The notes below the pieces were generated by a model, which saw only the letters and a list, made by a program, of their open reading frames with translations, had not been told where the DNA came from and made no database searches. A stretch of 64,000 bases of DNA, taken from Selaginella moellendorffii. Its lineage: Eukaryota > Plantae > Lycopodiophyta. Numbering within the stretch: the stretch's first letter is position 1; each line of letters opens with the position of its first letter. Positions 13,801 through 25,839 of this stretch are shown in pieces. The stretch spans positions 389,182-453,181 of the forward strand of contig NW_003314302.1 of assembly GCF_000143415.4 (NCBI RefSeq), read 5' to 3'. Both the position numbers and the translations under genes were made by a program.

Positions 13801-14750
13801 TATTGTTAATATTATTTTTGATAGATTGAAATGTTATTCCTTATAAGTGATACATTTGTGAGCATTTTTCTTGTCAATTATTAATAATTTATGTTTTTAT
13901 AGCTGTCTTATATAAATTGTTAGCATACTATCTACAATATTTGGTAGTAAAGCTTTATCATTGTTTTTTTTTATGATATCCTTGCTATTAAATTTTGTTG
14001 GATGGTTAATCATATGTTTTTAAATTATAATGATCTTAGTGGTTCCTTTACTATACTGATTTATCAGATGATAGCTTAATTAGAATAATGTTCTGTTTTA
14101 GTCTAGACTAATAAAGCCAAATTAGCTTCAGCATTGCATATACATAGTAAATCTTTAGTTATGGGGTAACTACAATAGATTAGTCATACCTTTCTCACAA
14201 TGTTCTTAATTTTATTAAAAGAGAATTGTCTAGTTATAGTAGTCTATCTAAATCTTAGTAACAAGTTTGGTTTATTGTTTAATAGGGTTTGGGCTATTGA
14301 CTTTTCTCTTTATATCATCTATAGGTAGAGGTATATCAAATTTTGTAAGTTGGGTGACTTGTTATATAGCAAAGGTGGATAATTCCATTGATCATTTCCT
14401 TATTGGTGATGACTAAAAGATATTTATAGAAAGCATTTAATTTACTAGTGAGTAATATCTATAAAATATAATAAATTTCTATGCATTGCATTTAGCAACA
14501 TTTGTTTTGCTTTATAGTAGTGTTATTTTTACTTATTAATCTAATTGATCAAATAAAGTTTATAATTATAAACATGTTTATCATTTATAAACACAAGATT
14601 AATCTTATTGCATATCAACCATTAGATGATAAAAAAAATATACTAAAAAGGGTTTAATAAAGTTTATAAATAATAAACATGTTTATAAATTATAATTACA
14701 AAATTAATCTAAATGAATAACAACCATTAGATGGTAGAATATCCTAGAAT
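10890..14750 (+). mobile_element. Highly decayed LTR retrotransposon (probably Ty3/gypsy), interrupted by the Cassandra
   Basis: Removing the Cassandra rebuilds ...TGTGTTACA-TA-TGGTATTAGAGC (LTR end plus PBS). About 75-bp tandem repeats at 11935-12110. Faint integrase-like traces near 14500-14630. Very AT-rich; boundaries approximate. Confidence 0.5.
11057..11719 (-). mobile_element. Cassandra-type TRIM retrotransposon with 5S rRNA-derived LTRs
   Basis: Two LTRs at 11057-~11284 and 11526-11719. The minus strand of the LTR reads GGAGTTAAGCGTCCTTGGG...GGGTGACCTCCCGGGAAGTCC (5S A-box/C-box region). Met-type PBS TGGTATTAGAGC and purine tract GGGAAGCATGGTGGA on the minus strand. 5-bp TSD ATATG at 11052-11056 and 11720-11724. 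Short non-coding interior with an ~88-bp tandem repeat. Confidence 0.9.
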
Positions 14751-16680
14751 GTCCAAGCAGATTCTAGGTATATTCACTACCATCTCAGTTACAGATTTGC
14801 TTAAGCAAACCAATTATTATACTGAACATAGTGGTATTCATATCTCAACTTTGGAGGGTAACTCTTTTTTTTTTCTTTTGAAATGTTTATTTGAGATCTA
14901 CCTTAGAGTCTACTAAAATGTATAGATTTCAAAGTATAAAATACGATCAAGCAGATATATAATAAATTAGTATAAATATATTTAATATGTATAGTACATA
15001 TAAAAAGCACTTTAAAACAATAATAATACATGAATTATTCATCGATTGACTATTACATTATATTTACCTCTTTATTAAAAATTTTATTTTATACTTTATG
15101 ATTCAAAACTTATAACACTATCTTTCATTATGAAAGGTTTTTTTTCTTAGTTTAATCTTTCTTGTGAAAGGTTCAATAAAAAATTTCCTTTCTATGAAAG
15201 GTAAAATACCTCTTGAAAGGTATAAAAGCTGTCATAATTGAGGAATGACACTAATATTGTTTCTATGTCTAAATTTGCAATTTAATATTTTATATTTAGT
15301 AAGTTTTTCAAGATTGAGACTAGGTAAAAGCCTAAAGCATGTTTTTTTTATAAAGGGGGACTTGTGAGGAGTTCTAAATGCATCATAGGGATAGTAGGTA
15401 AGTTAGATATAACTGAACAACTTAAGACATTTTTTATCTTTCCACTAGGCATTTGTCCTTGTTCTATATCTAGCTTGGGTCTAAATCTAAATTTTATACG
15501 ATGTTAGTTAGTGGAGTATTTATATCTTTGTGATAGTCCATCGATATATTAAAATAATATTAGACTCTATATAACTCTATTTTGCATGTTAGTCTTTTCA
15601 TTGGGATATTAAATGCTTTAAACTGTTCTAATGTCATTTTGTGTTTCTATCCTTTTAATCTTTAATTATACACTAGAGAGTTGTTTTATATTTTAATTCT
15701 TTCACTCCTTAGTTATATGTGCAGGAGTTTAGCTTTATCCCTTCATTTAATGGCTCAAGCCTTGAAACTCTAGTTTTACTCCATTGTCTTTGACACACTT
15801 GTTTAAGATTTATGTTTTGCTTCATGGTTATCTTATGACAATTCACTATGAAAACCACATATCTACATTGATGTTTTTTTAATTTATAAACTTGTATCAA
15901 TTCATTTTTATTAAGTTTAGGAAATAACTATTGATATGTTAAATTTATGCTAAACTCTATCTAGGTATAATATTCTTGAAGTTCAGCTCCATAAAAGTGA
16001 AGTTGCACATGGGAGAGTGTTTTATAATATTGTGCTAGCCATGCTAGAGTGAGTGAAATATAAACCCCACAAGGTTTTTGACATGCTATAACATGCCTAA
16101 CTTAGTCCACTTCTAACATATTTAGTTTCACACTGGAAGCAAACACTAAATTATTAATACACCCTTTACAAATATAATGTAATTCCTAAAAAACATTGTA
16201 ATAAATTCAAATGCATGTTTAAAGGCTTTTGGAAGAATACCCTAATCTCCATGAGTTGTTGTGTCCATTATATTGTACCATCACAATATCATCCTTTGAA
16301 AACATGTGGAAATTCATGAAATATCAGGCATTATACCAAGAATAATAATTGGCAATGAGAACAAAGTGATCAAAACCAATAATACACATCATCTTTGGGA
16401 TTACATAAAAGAAACTTAGCCAAATTAGCAACAAAAAAAGCTCTAAAACACTATAACTTATATATAAAGGAGCAAATGGTCACTTACCTCAAAAAATGTT
16501 TTGATTTTAGAGAATAAACTAAATCATTCTAAGATACATACTCTAAAGATAAAATTTCTCTTGATCTCTTGTCAAGATGATCACACAGTGGATAAGATCC
16601 AAATCCTATCAACACAAGGAAGAGCAATACTGAGGTTTTATTCATTCTTAAACGACTCAAGTTTGAAATGTACTTGGCTG

Positions 16681-17964
16681 CTATGTTGAGACGGATAATT
16701 TTTCCTTCAATGTGCTCTCTGAACTCTCAAGAGCTGACACAAGGAGACTACTACTTCTTCCAGCCTTGGAAATCCATATCTTTACCAGCAGGCACCCGGG
16801 ACTTTGCTGGAACAGCGTCGCCTTAAACTCGGATTTCCCATCAGAATTTCGTTGATCGAATCCTTCTCTTTGATCGCCAGGAGTTCCAGTGATCGCAAAA
16901 GAAGCCGCATCGATCTTGCAAGCCACTCCGCCAGCTTCCAAGTGACTCCCAAGATCTCCCAGAACCTCCAACGCACTGCATTTTCGATCGATGCCCTCCA
17001 GAACGAACGAGAAACTCCCGCTGCTGCTCGTCCCAGTCCCGAAACAACTTCGCCCAGATCCACTCTTCACTGCTCCAGCACTCGAGAAACTCCATGCCAG
17101 CCCCCACCTCGACGTCTTTCCTTGCACAAACTCGGTGGTCTTCACCATCGTCGCTCCACAGCCTCGAATCTCGGCCTTGAGAGCCTTCAAGCTGGATTTC
17201 TTCCCGACCATGCTCGTGTACCAGTGGATCTTCGTCCCGAGCTCCACGCTCTCGCGGATCAGCCTGCTCACAAACCCGGCCTCTCCTCCGGCGCAAACCA
17301 TCTCCTCCGGCGTTCCACCGCAGGCCGTGCGAGGATTCATCCCGGCCTCCTCCATGCTCTCGAAGAACGGTGGATTGCACATACTGAAGTCGAAGATCTC
17401 TTCATCTTTCACCACTCCAACGAGCAGCCTGTGGTTTTCTTCCTCATCTTCACCACCATTCTTCGCGGCGCTTCTCACTTCGATCAGCTCCATGAGGTGT
17501 GGATTCGCCGCGATGTTCCTCCTTCCCCATTCCAGCGCCACACTCGTCACGTCCGTCGCTACGAACTTCCATCCCCGCAAGGAAGCCCCGAGGAGAGGAT
17601 AGATCGCGCTAGCACCGGTCCCAATGTCTAGACCAAGAACTCCCCCCTCTGCATTCTTCCCTGGAGCTGGAAATCCTTGGAGCAAATCCTCGATCCAGTG
17701 GATGTAGTTTGCACGATTCGTCACCGCCGGGCAGAGCTGGCCGTCGGGAATCCACCAGCCGAGAATGCCGTAGTCGCAATCCAAGAGAACTCGAGTGAGC
17801 TCTCTTGTGGCGGCGTAGTCCCTCCAATCGATGCTGCCCCGCCCAGTGGAGGGATTGATCCTCACGTAGCGCGCAAACGAGGCGTAGCGCGCCGCCAGCG
17901 CTGCGAAATCTGGGCTGCCCTCGGCATACCTGTTTCGTGGGTGCGTCGATCGCTTCCTCTTCAT
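16681..17964 (-). CDS. FIO1: METTL16/FIONA1-family RNA N6-adenosine methyltransferase (RlmF-like), intronless, 427 aa
   Basis: HPRNRY, PDFAALA, LCPAVTNRANYIHWIEDLL, SAM-binding LDIGTGASAIYPLLG, catalytic MCNPPFF, GGEAGFV, WYTSMVGKK and QGKTSRWGLAWSF. First ATG at 17964. Confidence 0.93.
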   Translation of the reverse strand: MKRKRSTHPRNRYAEGSPDFAALAARYASFARYVRINPSTGRGSIDWRDYAATRELTRVLLDCDYGILGWWIPDGQLCPAVTNRANYIHWIEDLLQGFPAPGKNAEGGVLGLDIGTGASAIYPLLGASLRGWKFVATDVTSVALEWGRRNIAANPHLMELIEVRSAAKNGGEDEEENHRLLVGVVKDEEIFDFSMCNPPFFESMEEAGMNPRTACGGTPEEMVCAGGEAGFVSRLIRESVELGTKIHWYTSMVGKKSSLKALKAEIRGCGATMVKTTEFVQGKTSRWGLAWSFSSAGAVKSGSGRSCFGTGTSSSGSFSFVLEGIDRKCSALEVLGDLGSHLEAGGVACKIDAASFAITGTPGDQREGFDQRNSDGKSEFKATLFQQSPGCLLVKIWISKAGRSSSLLVSALESSESTLKEKLSVST

Positions 17965-18040
17965 CCAAAGAACCAATATTAGGGTTCTTCGTTCTCCATC
18001 GTCTCCATGGAAGAACCAAGATTAGGGTTCTTCGTCCTCC

Positions 18041-20285
18041 ATGCGCTTTGGCCTTGTCGAGCTCCGCTTGGCAAGATTTCACAGGTGCGCTGCTCTCTCG
18101 TCACGATTCTCGGCCTTTCAAAGAATGCGCTCTCTCTTTGGCCAGATCTTACAGCACTCTCCAGGAGCAGCGCTCCGCGAATCCGCAAGAGCTCCGGCGA
18201 GATCTCGACAGATTATGCGAGGTTCTTGATCCCGCGGCGGTAGATCGTGCTCACCTCACACAGCTGCTCAAGCAGTGCGGGATTCTCCAGTCCACCTCCG
18301 AGGCACGGCGGCTCCATTCTTGGATCGCGAAGACCGGGCTCGATCGGGATCCATTCTTCGCCAACAATGTCGTCCAGATGTACAGCCGCTGCGGCAGCAT
18401 CGACGAGGCCGCCAGGGTTTTCCATGCCACGCCGCGCAAGAACGCCCGATCGTGCGAGATCATGCTCGCGGCATTCGCGAGGAGTGGGGATCTCGATTCG
18501 GCAAAGCAGATGTTCGATGCGATGCCGGAGCCTGGAGTTCCGGCCTGGAATTCCATGATCGCGGCGCATTTCCACAGCGGGGACTCCATCGCGGCGCTGA
18601 GGTTCTTCCAGCGGATGATGGCCGAAGGGATTCGTCCCAATCCACGGAGCTTCGTCGCCGCGCTGGATGCCTGCTCCCGGCTGGAAGAGGGAGATTTCAT
18701 CCACGAGCCCGCGATCGCGGTAGGCCTGGCATCCGACGCCATTGTTGGATTCTCACTAGTGGGCTTCTACAGGCGATGCCACAGGCTAGATCTCGCTCGC
18801 AAAGTCTTTGACAAGGTGGAAGAGATCACCGCGCCGCTGTGGACGCAGATGATCGCAGCGTATGCCAAGGCTGGGCATTTGCTCGAGGCGAGAGCTTTGT
18901 TCGATGGTCTTCCCGAGAAGGACTCCGTGTCGTGGACGTGCATCATCGCAGCTTACGCACACCGAGGCCGATGGATCGAAGCGAAGCAGCTGTTCGACGA
19001 GATGCCCGGCCGCGATGTCATCGCCTGGAACGCGATGATCTCCGCGAATGCCCAGAGCGGGCGCTCGGATCAAGCTCTCGAGCTGCTACTCCTGATGGAT
19101 CTCGACGGCGTCCATCCAAACAGCGTCACCTTCTTGAGCGCTCTCGAGGCTTGCACCAACTTGAGTGATGCTTCCCGAGGATCAAAGCTCCACACGGAAG
19201 GTATGCTCGGCTCTGGCATTGAAAACTCTCGCAAGGTGTCTAACGCGCTCATCAACATGTATGGCAAATGCAGGGAGCTGGGCCGGGCCAAGGCGGTGTT
19301 TGACGGCATGAGCGATCGAGACACGGTTTCCTGGACGACCATGCTCGCATCCTTTGCGGAGAACGGTGACTTGGAGCAAGCAAGCCGAGCTTTCGACCGG
19401 ATCCCGGAGAGACAATGCGTGGCTTTCAACTCGATGCTGGCGGCGTATGCCCAAAACGGGCATATCGAAGAGGCAAAGCAGCTCTACGACGACGCGATCC
19501 ACGAGCCGGACATCGTTGCTTTCACGACGCTGCTCACGGCATTTGCTCAGCACGGCCGAGGCGAGCAGGCGCTGTGCTTGCTCCGGGCCGGGGATTTGGA
19601 AGGACTGGAGATGGATCTCGTCAGCTTCGTGGGGATCCTCGACGCCTGTGCGTGCTGCGGAGCTCTCAACGAGGGAAGATCAATCCACCAGGAGGCTGTT
19701 CTTCGCGGTTTCCAGGACGACGTTACCATCGGCTCGGCGCTCGTCAACATGTATGGGAAGTGTGGACAAGTCGAGCCGGGAAGAGAAGTTTTCGACGGGA
19801 TGCCGTGGAGGAACTCTATCACCTGGAACGCGATGCTCACGGCGTATGCGCAGAACGGGCATAGCGCCGAGGCGCTGGAGCTGTTTCCAGTGATGATCCT
19901 CGAAGGTGCCGAGCCATCCGAGGTAACTTTCATCACGCTTCTCTCGGCTTGCGCTCAAGCGGGACTTTTGCAGGATGGCCTCCGCGTGTTTGCTCTCATG
20001 GAGCGCGACTTTGGAGTGGCTCGCGGCGCCGGGAACGCTGTGTGCCTGGTGGATTTGCTGGGGAGAGCTGGGAGGCTGGAGGCTGCCGAGGAGATGTTTG
20101 CGTGGGTGCCTGTGGAGGAGCGTGATACTGCATGGACGGCCTTGTGGGGGAGCTGTAAGATCCATGGCGATGGTGGGAGAGGTGTGAGAGCCGCCGAGTC
20201 TGTGCTCGCGTTGGATCCAGTGGCGTCTACGCCTTACTCGCTACTCACTGAGGCTCTGGTGATGCCACACCTGGAAATCTACTAA
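18041..20285 (+). CDS. PLS-class PPR protein with E domain (organellar RNA-editing factor type); N-terminus appears frameshifted
   Basis: Repeated PPR motifs (MYGKCG, VSWTTML, AYAQNGH) and an E-domain tail (LVDLLGRAGRL...WTALWGSCKIHGD). No DYW. The only plausible ATG (18041) is out of frame with the PPR body, whose first in-frame ATG is 18378. Confidence 0.85.
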
Positions 20286-21239
20286 GATTTGGAGCTTAAC
20301 ATCAACTTTTATTGGACGAGATTTACAGTCTATAAGAGTTTGATCGCGAGTTTTGGAGCTGGGTCTTTGCGAGATCTGGCACCCATTGTGAGAGAGGGAA
20401 ATAGTTGCGAATTCAAAGATTCGTTTGGAACGTCGACTTTAACACGACCAAATGGCACAAGCATGAGGTGAGCATTGCGCTGGCGCCACACACGATCAAC
20501 ATCCGAAACAACGAGCAGTTCCTTCCTAACTCCAAGATCGCATCCAGGTTTGTTGCTTTTTCGATCGCATGTCTTTCTAATTTGATCCGATGGATTCACG
20601 ATGCATGAATTTCTTCGAGAGTGTATCTGGCAGAGAAGACGGGCAAATTCATCTCGCAAGATCCCAGGGGAGACAATCCAGTGGCTCTTCTTCCATATGG
20701 CAAGCATTGGTCCAATGTGCGGCCAGGTAAGAGAGAAACATAAAGAACAAAAAGGATTTTTGCTCTTAAAGTATTGTTGTGTTGTTTGTTGTATTTGGTC
20801 TTGTTTACCTTGGTTTGTAAGCGCATATCCCTTAGAGCCAGTTGAACTGATGGGTAGTTTTTATCCAAACTAAATTTTAAATTTAGTTTTTTATAAAAAT
20901 ACAAGAAGAAAGTTAATATTAAAAAATTATAGTTATTAAGTTATAATATGTTAAAGGTTAATATATTAAATTATAATATAATGTTATTTAAGTTTTATAA
21001 GTTTTATTTAATATTATATAAAGATTTATCATGAAGGTTTGGGGTTACTTTCTCATAGTTTTTCCAGTCCTCTCATTTTTATTTTTTTTTATCCCTCTAC
21101 TTCTATCTCTGTTTCCATCACTTCTATCTCTCCATTACTTCTTTCTATATTTCCATCTTGTTTTTTTATTTCCTCTTTAGATTCTCATAACAGTCTTTAT
21201 GTTGTAACAGCTAACTACCTCAAGAAGGATTGAATTAGA

Positions 21240-24020
21240 TTTGTTGTTTAAGCCTAAGATTGTAACACATCATCCTATACTAACTAGGATGTTTATCTAA
21301 TCAAATGATTATTCTGAATGTGTATCCTTTTTCTCACACTACTGACCTTCTAGATCTTTGAGGGAGAAATTGTTAATTCACTAAGTTAGATTTTGCTTCT
21401 ATGTATTGGTAAGTGTTAATGGCCGAAGAAAATATTCTCAATATTATTTTTTGTACACTATTTAGTTTATATGAATTCTTTGTGATGTTATTTAGTTTAA
21501 ACAATGCACTAAGTAGATGATGGACGAGGTTCTTTGCAATATGCTAAAGGTGACTGTTTTATCAATGATGTCTTGATCCACTCAAAGGGGATATAGAAGG
21601 AATATATTAATGATGTTAGTAAGGTGTTAGATTGGTTGCAAGAAGTTTATTTAAAGTTGAAGCGATCAAAATGTGTGTTTGGGTTCAAAGATACAACTTA
21701 TCTTAGGTATCGTATTTCTCGTAAAAGTTTGTAAGTTGATCTTAACAAACTTGTAGCTGTTCTAAAGTTCCCTATTTTAAAGTGTATAAATTATATAGAA
21801 CACTTCATATGCAAGATGCAATATATTGATCATTTTGTTAATCATCTTTTTTATTATATTGCATTGTTATGATTGATGTTGAAGTTGTCAATATTGTCTT
21901 TTATCTAATTTGTGGACTATGAGCAGGCATTTAGAGATCTCAAAGAGTTGTTTTTAGTTTTGGCATATCTTACTTACACTTAACCTTCATTTTACATGTG
22001 GATGCTTTCAATATTAAATTTAGAAGTGTGTTAATGCAAGAGAGCCTAAGCATGCCTAGCTAATGCCATCCTATTGCATATATCAATATACATTATAACT
22101 AGTAAAAATTAACTACTCCACAATAAAGAATGAGTGTTTCGTAGCAATTTAGGGTTTCAAGAAGATTCATACATATTTATATGGTTTTCGAATATTACTA
22201 AAAGGTGATTATATATATTTGTTATTTTGTTATTGAAGCAAAAGAACTTGGTTGATTGTACTATTTTGTAGGCTCTAAAGCTTTAGATATATGATTTTGA
22301 AGTTGTTTATGACCTGAGGAGTTTTATAATTGATGTAAATATCCTTTCTCGAGCTCCTCTCACTTCTTCATTCTCTTCTTCTATTTTTGATGAGCCTATT
22401 GTTATAGTAATAGTGGATTTTCTAGACAAGAATTTGATATTTAGTGTCTATAAGGTGTAAAGCAAGATTTATCTTTTCTTGATAAAATTAGTGAGGCTCA
22501 AAAGGTTGAACTATGGATCCAAAAACTTTGTAAAGGGTTTGAAAATTTTATATCACTTGTTGATGACTTGTCATTTTGGGATTTACATTCACAGTATTGC
22601 ATAAAATATGACCTTTTTTATTTTGTCAAAATTGATCATAATAATCATTTATAGCTAGTGGTGCTATCAATATTTACTGCATACTTTCTCCATACTTATC
22701 ATGACTCTTCTCTTCTATATAAGCATATAGGACATTAGTATGTGATTGAGAAACTGCATAGGTCTTTCTATTAGTCGGAAATGTGATATGATATTATCTA
22801 ATATATGTATATTTGTGTTTAGTGCTAAGCTTACAATACTCCTTTTCATGTTACAAAAAGATGGTTGGAGTCAATTGTAATTTTTCATCCATTTGAGTTA
22901 GTGGTGTTTGATTTGATAAGGCCTTTTCCACAGTTGACTGCTGATAATGAATATGTCATTATTGCCTTAAACTTTTTAACTCACTAAATGGAAGTTGGTG
23001 CTCTTAATAGTGTGTCAGTGACTACTATTGGGTACTTTCTTCTCAATTAAGTAGTATTTCAATATTTTTGTTTAAAGTAGATTCTCTCAAATAATGGTCC
23101 TACATTTATAGCTGAGGCATTTCATATTTTAACATCTTGGTTGAGTATATATCACACTTTCATGAGTGCTTATCATTTAGCTTGGTGGAACATTTTATTT
23201 AGACGTTCAAAGGGATGATTGCGAAGTACATGAATTTTTATAGATTTAGATAGTTATTTACTATCTCTTTAATATGCATATGTCATAAAGGTATAGAATT
23301 TTATTGATGCTTCACCATATAAACTTCTATATAATTATAATCTAATACTACTAATGAAGTTGAGTTTACTTTCATAATTACCACGAGGTGCTGATATTAT
23401 GTCTTGGGATCAATATTTAATAATGATTCTTCCACTTGTTTAGGCAAAGTTTTCTGAACACTTAGGCCACATACAAGTGGGATAACAATAGCACTACAAT
23501 TCCCATTATCAATCACTTGTAGAGTATAAAATGGATAACTATGTTAATCCATCTTTTCAATCTTATGGTATTTAGTTTGTCTAAAGGGCTCCTTGCTTAG
23601 TGAAATCAAGTGTTATAGCTAGTTAACCCACAAGTTTATGAGGTTTAGCATAATGTTCAATAGATTAATCCTTTAGAAATTCTACATATGTAGTGGTTGA
23701 AACACTTCATATAAAGGGATTATAAACAATTGGCACCACATACAGATCCACTAATACTTCCTTTTGATGTTTCTCTAGATCCCAAAGAACTTTAACTACA
23801 TTCTATCCTTTTGAGATCCTAAAGAACCTTAACTACATTCTATCCTTTTGAGAGGAAGAGATGATGTGAAGTCAAATATATAATTATTATATTAAATATT
23901 AATATTAGTCTAGTGGGATTTTGATGGCTGTCAAATTGCTTTTAATCCGAATCAATCGCCCTATATATAAACTAGGGTTTTTAGGCTAATTAAAAAAAAA
24001 TTGTATTTCATACACTGATA
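21240..24020 (+). mobile_element. Decayed Ty3/gypsy retrotransposon (RT-RNaseH-integrase plus 3' LTR remnant)
   Basis: Degenerate RT 'FINDVLIHS' (~21560), RNase H 'LHVDA' (~21990), integrase 'PFELVVFDLI.PFP' and 'NNGPTF'. Purine tract gagaggaagaga at ~23850 followed by LTR-like TGTGAAG. Boundaries approximate. Confidence 0.8.
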
Positions 24021-24465
24021 AAGTGTGTTTAAAAATTCAAGCATATATGTTTTTTAAATACATATATCTTACAGATTACCCTAGGTACACCTCCTCCTGA
24101 AATATGCAATCACAAATTGCTTATTTGCCATAGGTGAATATATTTTTAAAATGTGTTTTTGATCTCTAACCTTGCAAATGGTAAAAAATGTAGTAAGATA
24201 ATGTTAAAAAGTAAAACTACTAGAGGTAAGATTCTAAGAATATCCTTATGTACTCTAAAATTATTATAAGTAATATGGCTGAAAACTTTTGTGTGTGATC
24301 TGAAACATGCCAAATGCAAACTTTGAATTAAACATTTAGGCAGCTAGTGAACTTACTAAGCAGCTGGGTACTCGAAACTATTTGAACACTTTGGGTAAAC
24401 ATGAATCTTATTTTCCTTTGTAAGCAACAACGACCACATTCTTTAATTTGTTTCCATAACACCAA

Positions 24466-24973
24466 CTAAGCATGGACCTTTAGAACTTGAAAGCCCGAAT
24501 GAACCAATTGCCATGGTGAATGATACAGCTCATCCAGCTGGAATTTCTCACAACAACATACTGCAATCTGCATGCTGCTGCTGTGTAATATACCGAAGCT
24601 GCTGAGCCACACCAGAGAGGAATATAATGCAGAGCTTCCAAAGTACAAAGACTGCAAGCAGCCTGATCATTGCAAGTGAGTTCTCCAAGCAAGTCACCAG
24701 GCTGGGTGGTGATATTGCTCGAGGTGTGGAGCATATCAGTGAAGGCTGCTCTGAGAGCAGCTCCAATTTTCTGGGAGAGCTATCTGGCCAACACTTTGGT
24801 ATGCTCTTGCACAAAGTTATCTATCTGGGATCCATCAACAAGTGCTGGAGCTGGAGCTGGAGCTGAAACTGGAGTTGGAACTTGAGAGATTTTGAAAGGA
24901 GGAGATTTATCAGCTCCAGCTATTGTGATTATAAAGGAGAGTGCTTCGCTAAGAAAACTTTACCTTGATCCAT
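24466..24973 (-). pseudogene. Type-A secreted Cys-rich (DUF26-like) gene copy disrupted by a 91-bp internal inversion
   Basis: Close paralogue of 58776-59267 (MDQGK...ITIAGA..SPPFKISQVPTP). Segment 24756-24846 lies in the opposite orientation and introduces a stop. Confidence 0.88.
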
Positions 24974-25343
24974 TGTCTATGGTATGGTTTGGCTTGGAAA
25001 CCTGATAGTAATTTATATAAGAGTCAGGAGAAAGGCTCCAGAAGTGGACAAATTATTTGACCATAATTATTAAAGTTTGCTCTAACGTTTTTTTTGTATC
25101 ATAAGCAAACATTGGGTAGTATAGGTATGTGCATTATGTTCTTAATTTAATAGCTGATTCATATGCTTCTAGATAATAATTGCCAGGCATAATACCAAAT
25201 AACCTTGAGTATATAATTGTTGTCAAATAATTGTCTACTTCTAATCATTTGCCAGCCGGTGGGGAAATATCGAGGCCCTCTTCATGACTTTTATATATAT
25301 CAGGTTTCCAAGGTCAAAACAGTCAGTTCATAGTTCATAGACA

Positions 25344-25839
25344 ATGGAGCAAGGTAAAGTTTTCTTAGGGCTCTCCCTCGTAATCATAATTGCTGGAGCC
25401 AAGAGATATCCTCTTTCCAGAATTTCTCCAGTTCCAACTCCAGCTCCAGCTCCAGTTCCAATTGTAGCTCCAGCTCCAGCTCCAGCAGCTCTTGGACTTT
25501 GCTGGAAGAGCTACCTATCCAACACTTAGGTATGCTCTTGTGCAAAATTATCTATCTGGGATCCATCAACCAGGGCTATTGGAGCAGCCTTGACTGATAT
25601 GGTCCGCACCTCAAGCAATATCACCACCCAGCATGGTGACTTGTTTGGAGCTCTCACTTGCAACGATCAGACTGCTTGCAGGCTTTGTACTTTGGAAGCT
25701 ATACATTCTATTTCTTTCTGGTGTGGCTCTGCAGCTTCGGTGTCTTACACAACAGCAGCATGTTGTGAAAAATACCAGCTGGGTCAGCTGGATCATTTGC
25801 CAAGGCAACTGGTTCATTCGGGCTTTCATGTTCCATTGA
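25344..25839 (+). pseudogene. Type-B secreted Cys-rich (DUF26-like) gene copy, pseudogenised
   Basis: Close paralogue of 57919-58422. TTG>TAG stop at 25527-25529 and a 13-nt deletion near 25760. Confidence 0.88.

Noticed and set aside
15150-16300. Possible copia-like RT remnant on the minus strand
   Set aside because: The similarity is too faint to support a call.
20330-20730. GC-balanced stretch after the PPR gene with splice-like signals
   Set aside because: It could be a gene fragment, but I could not build a consistent model or recognise a protein family.
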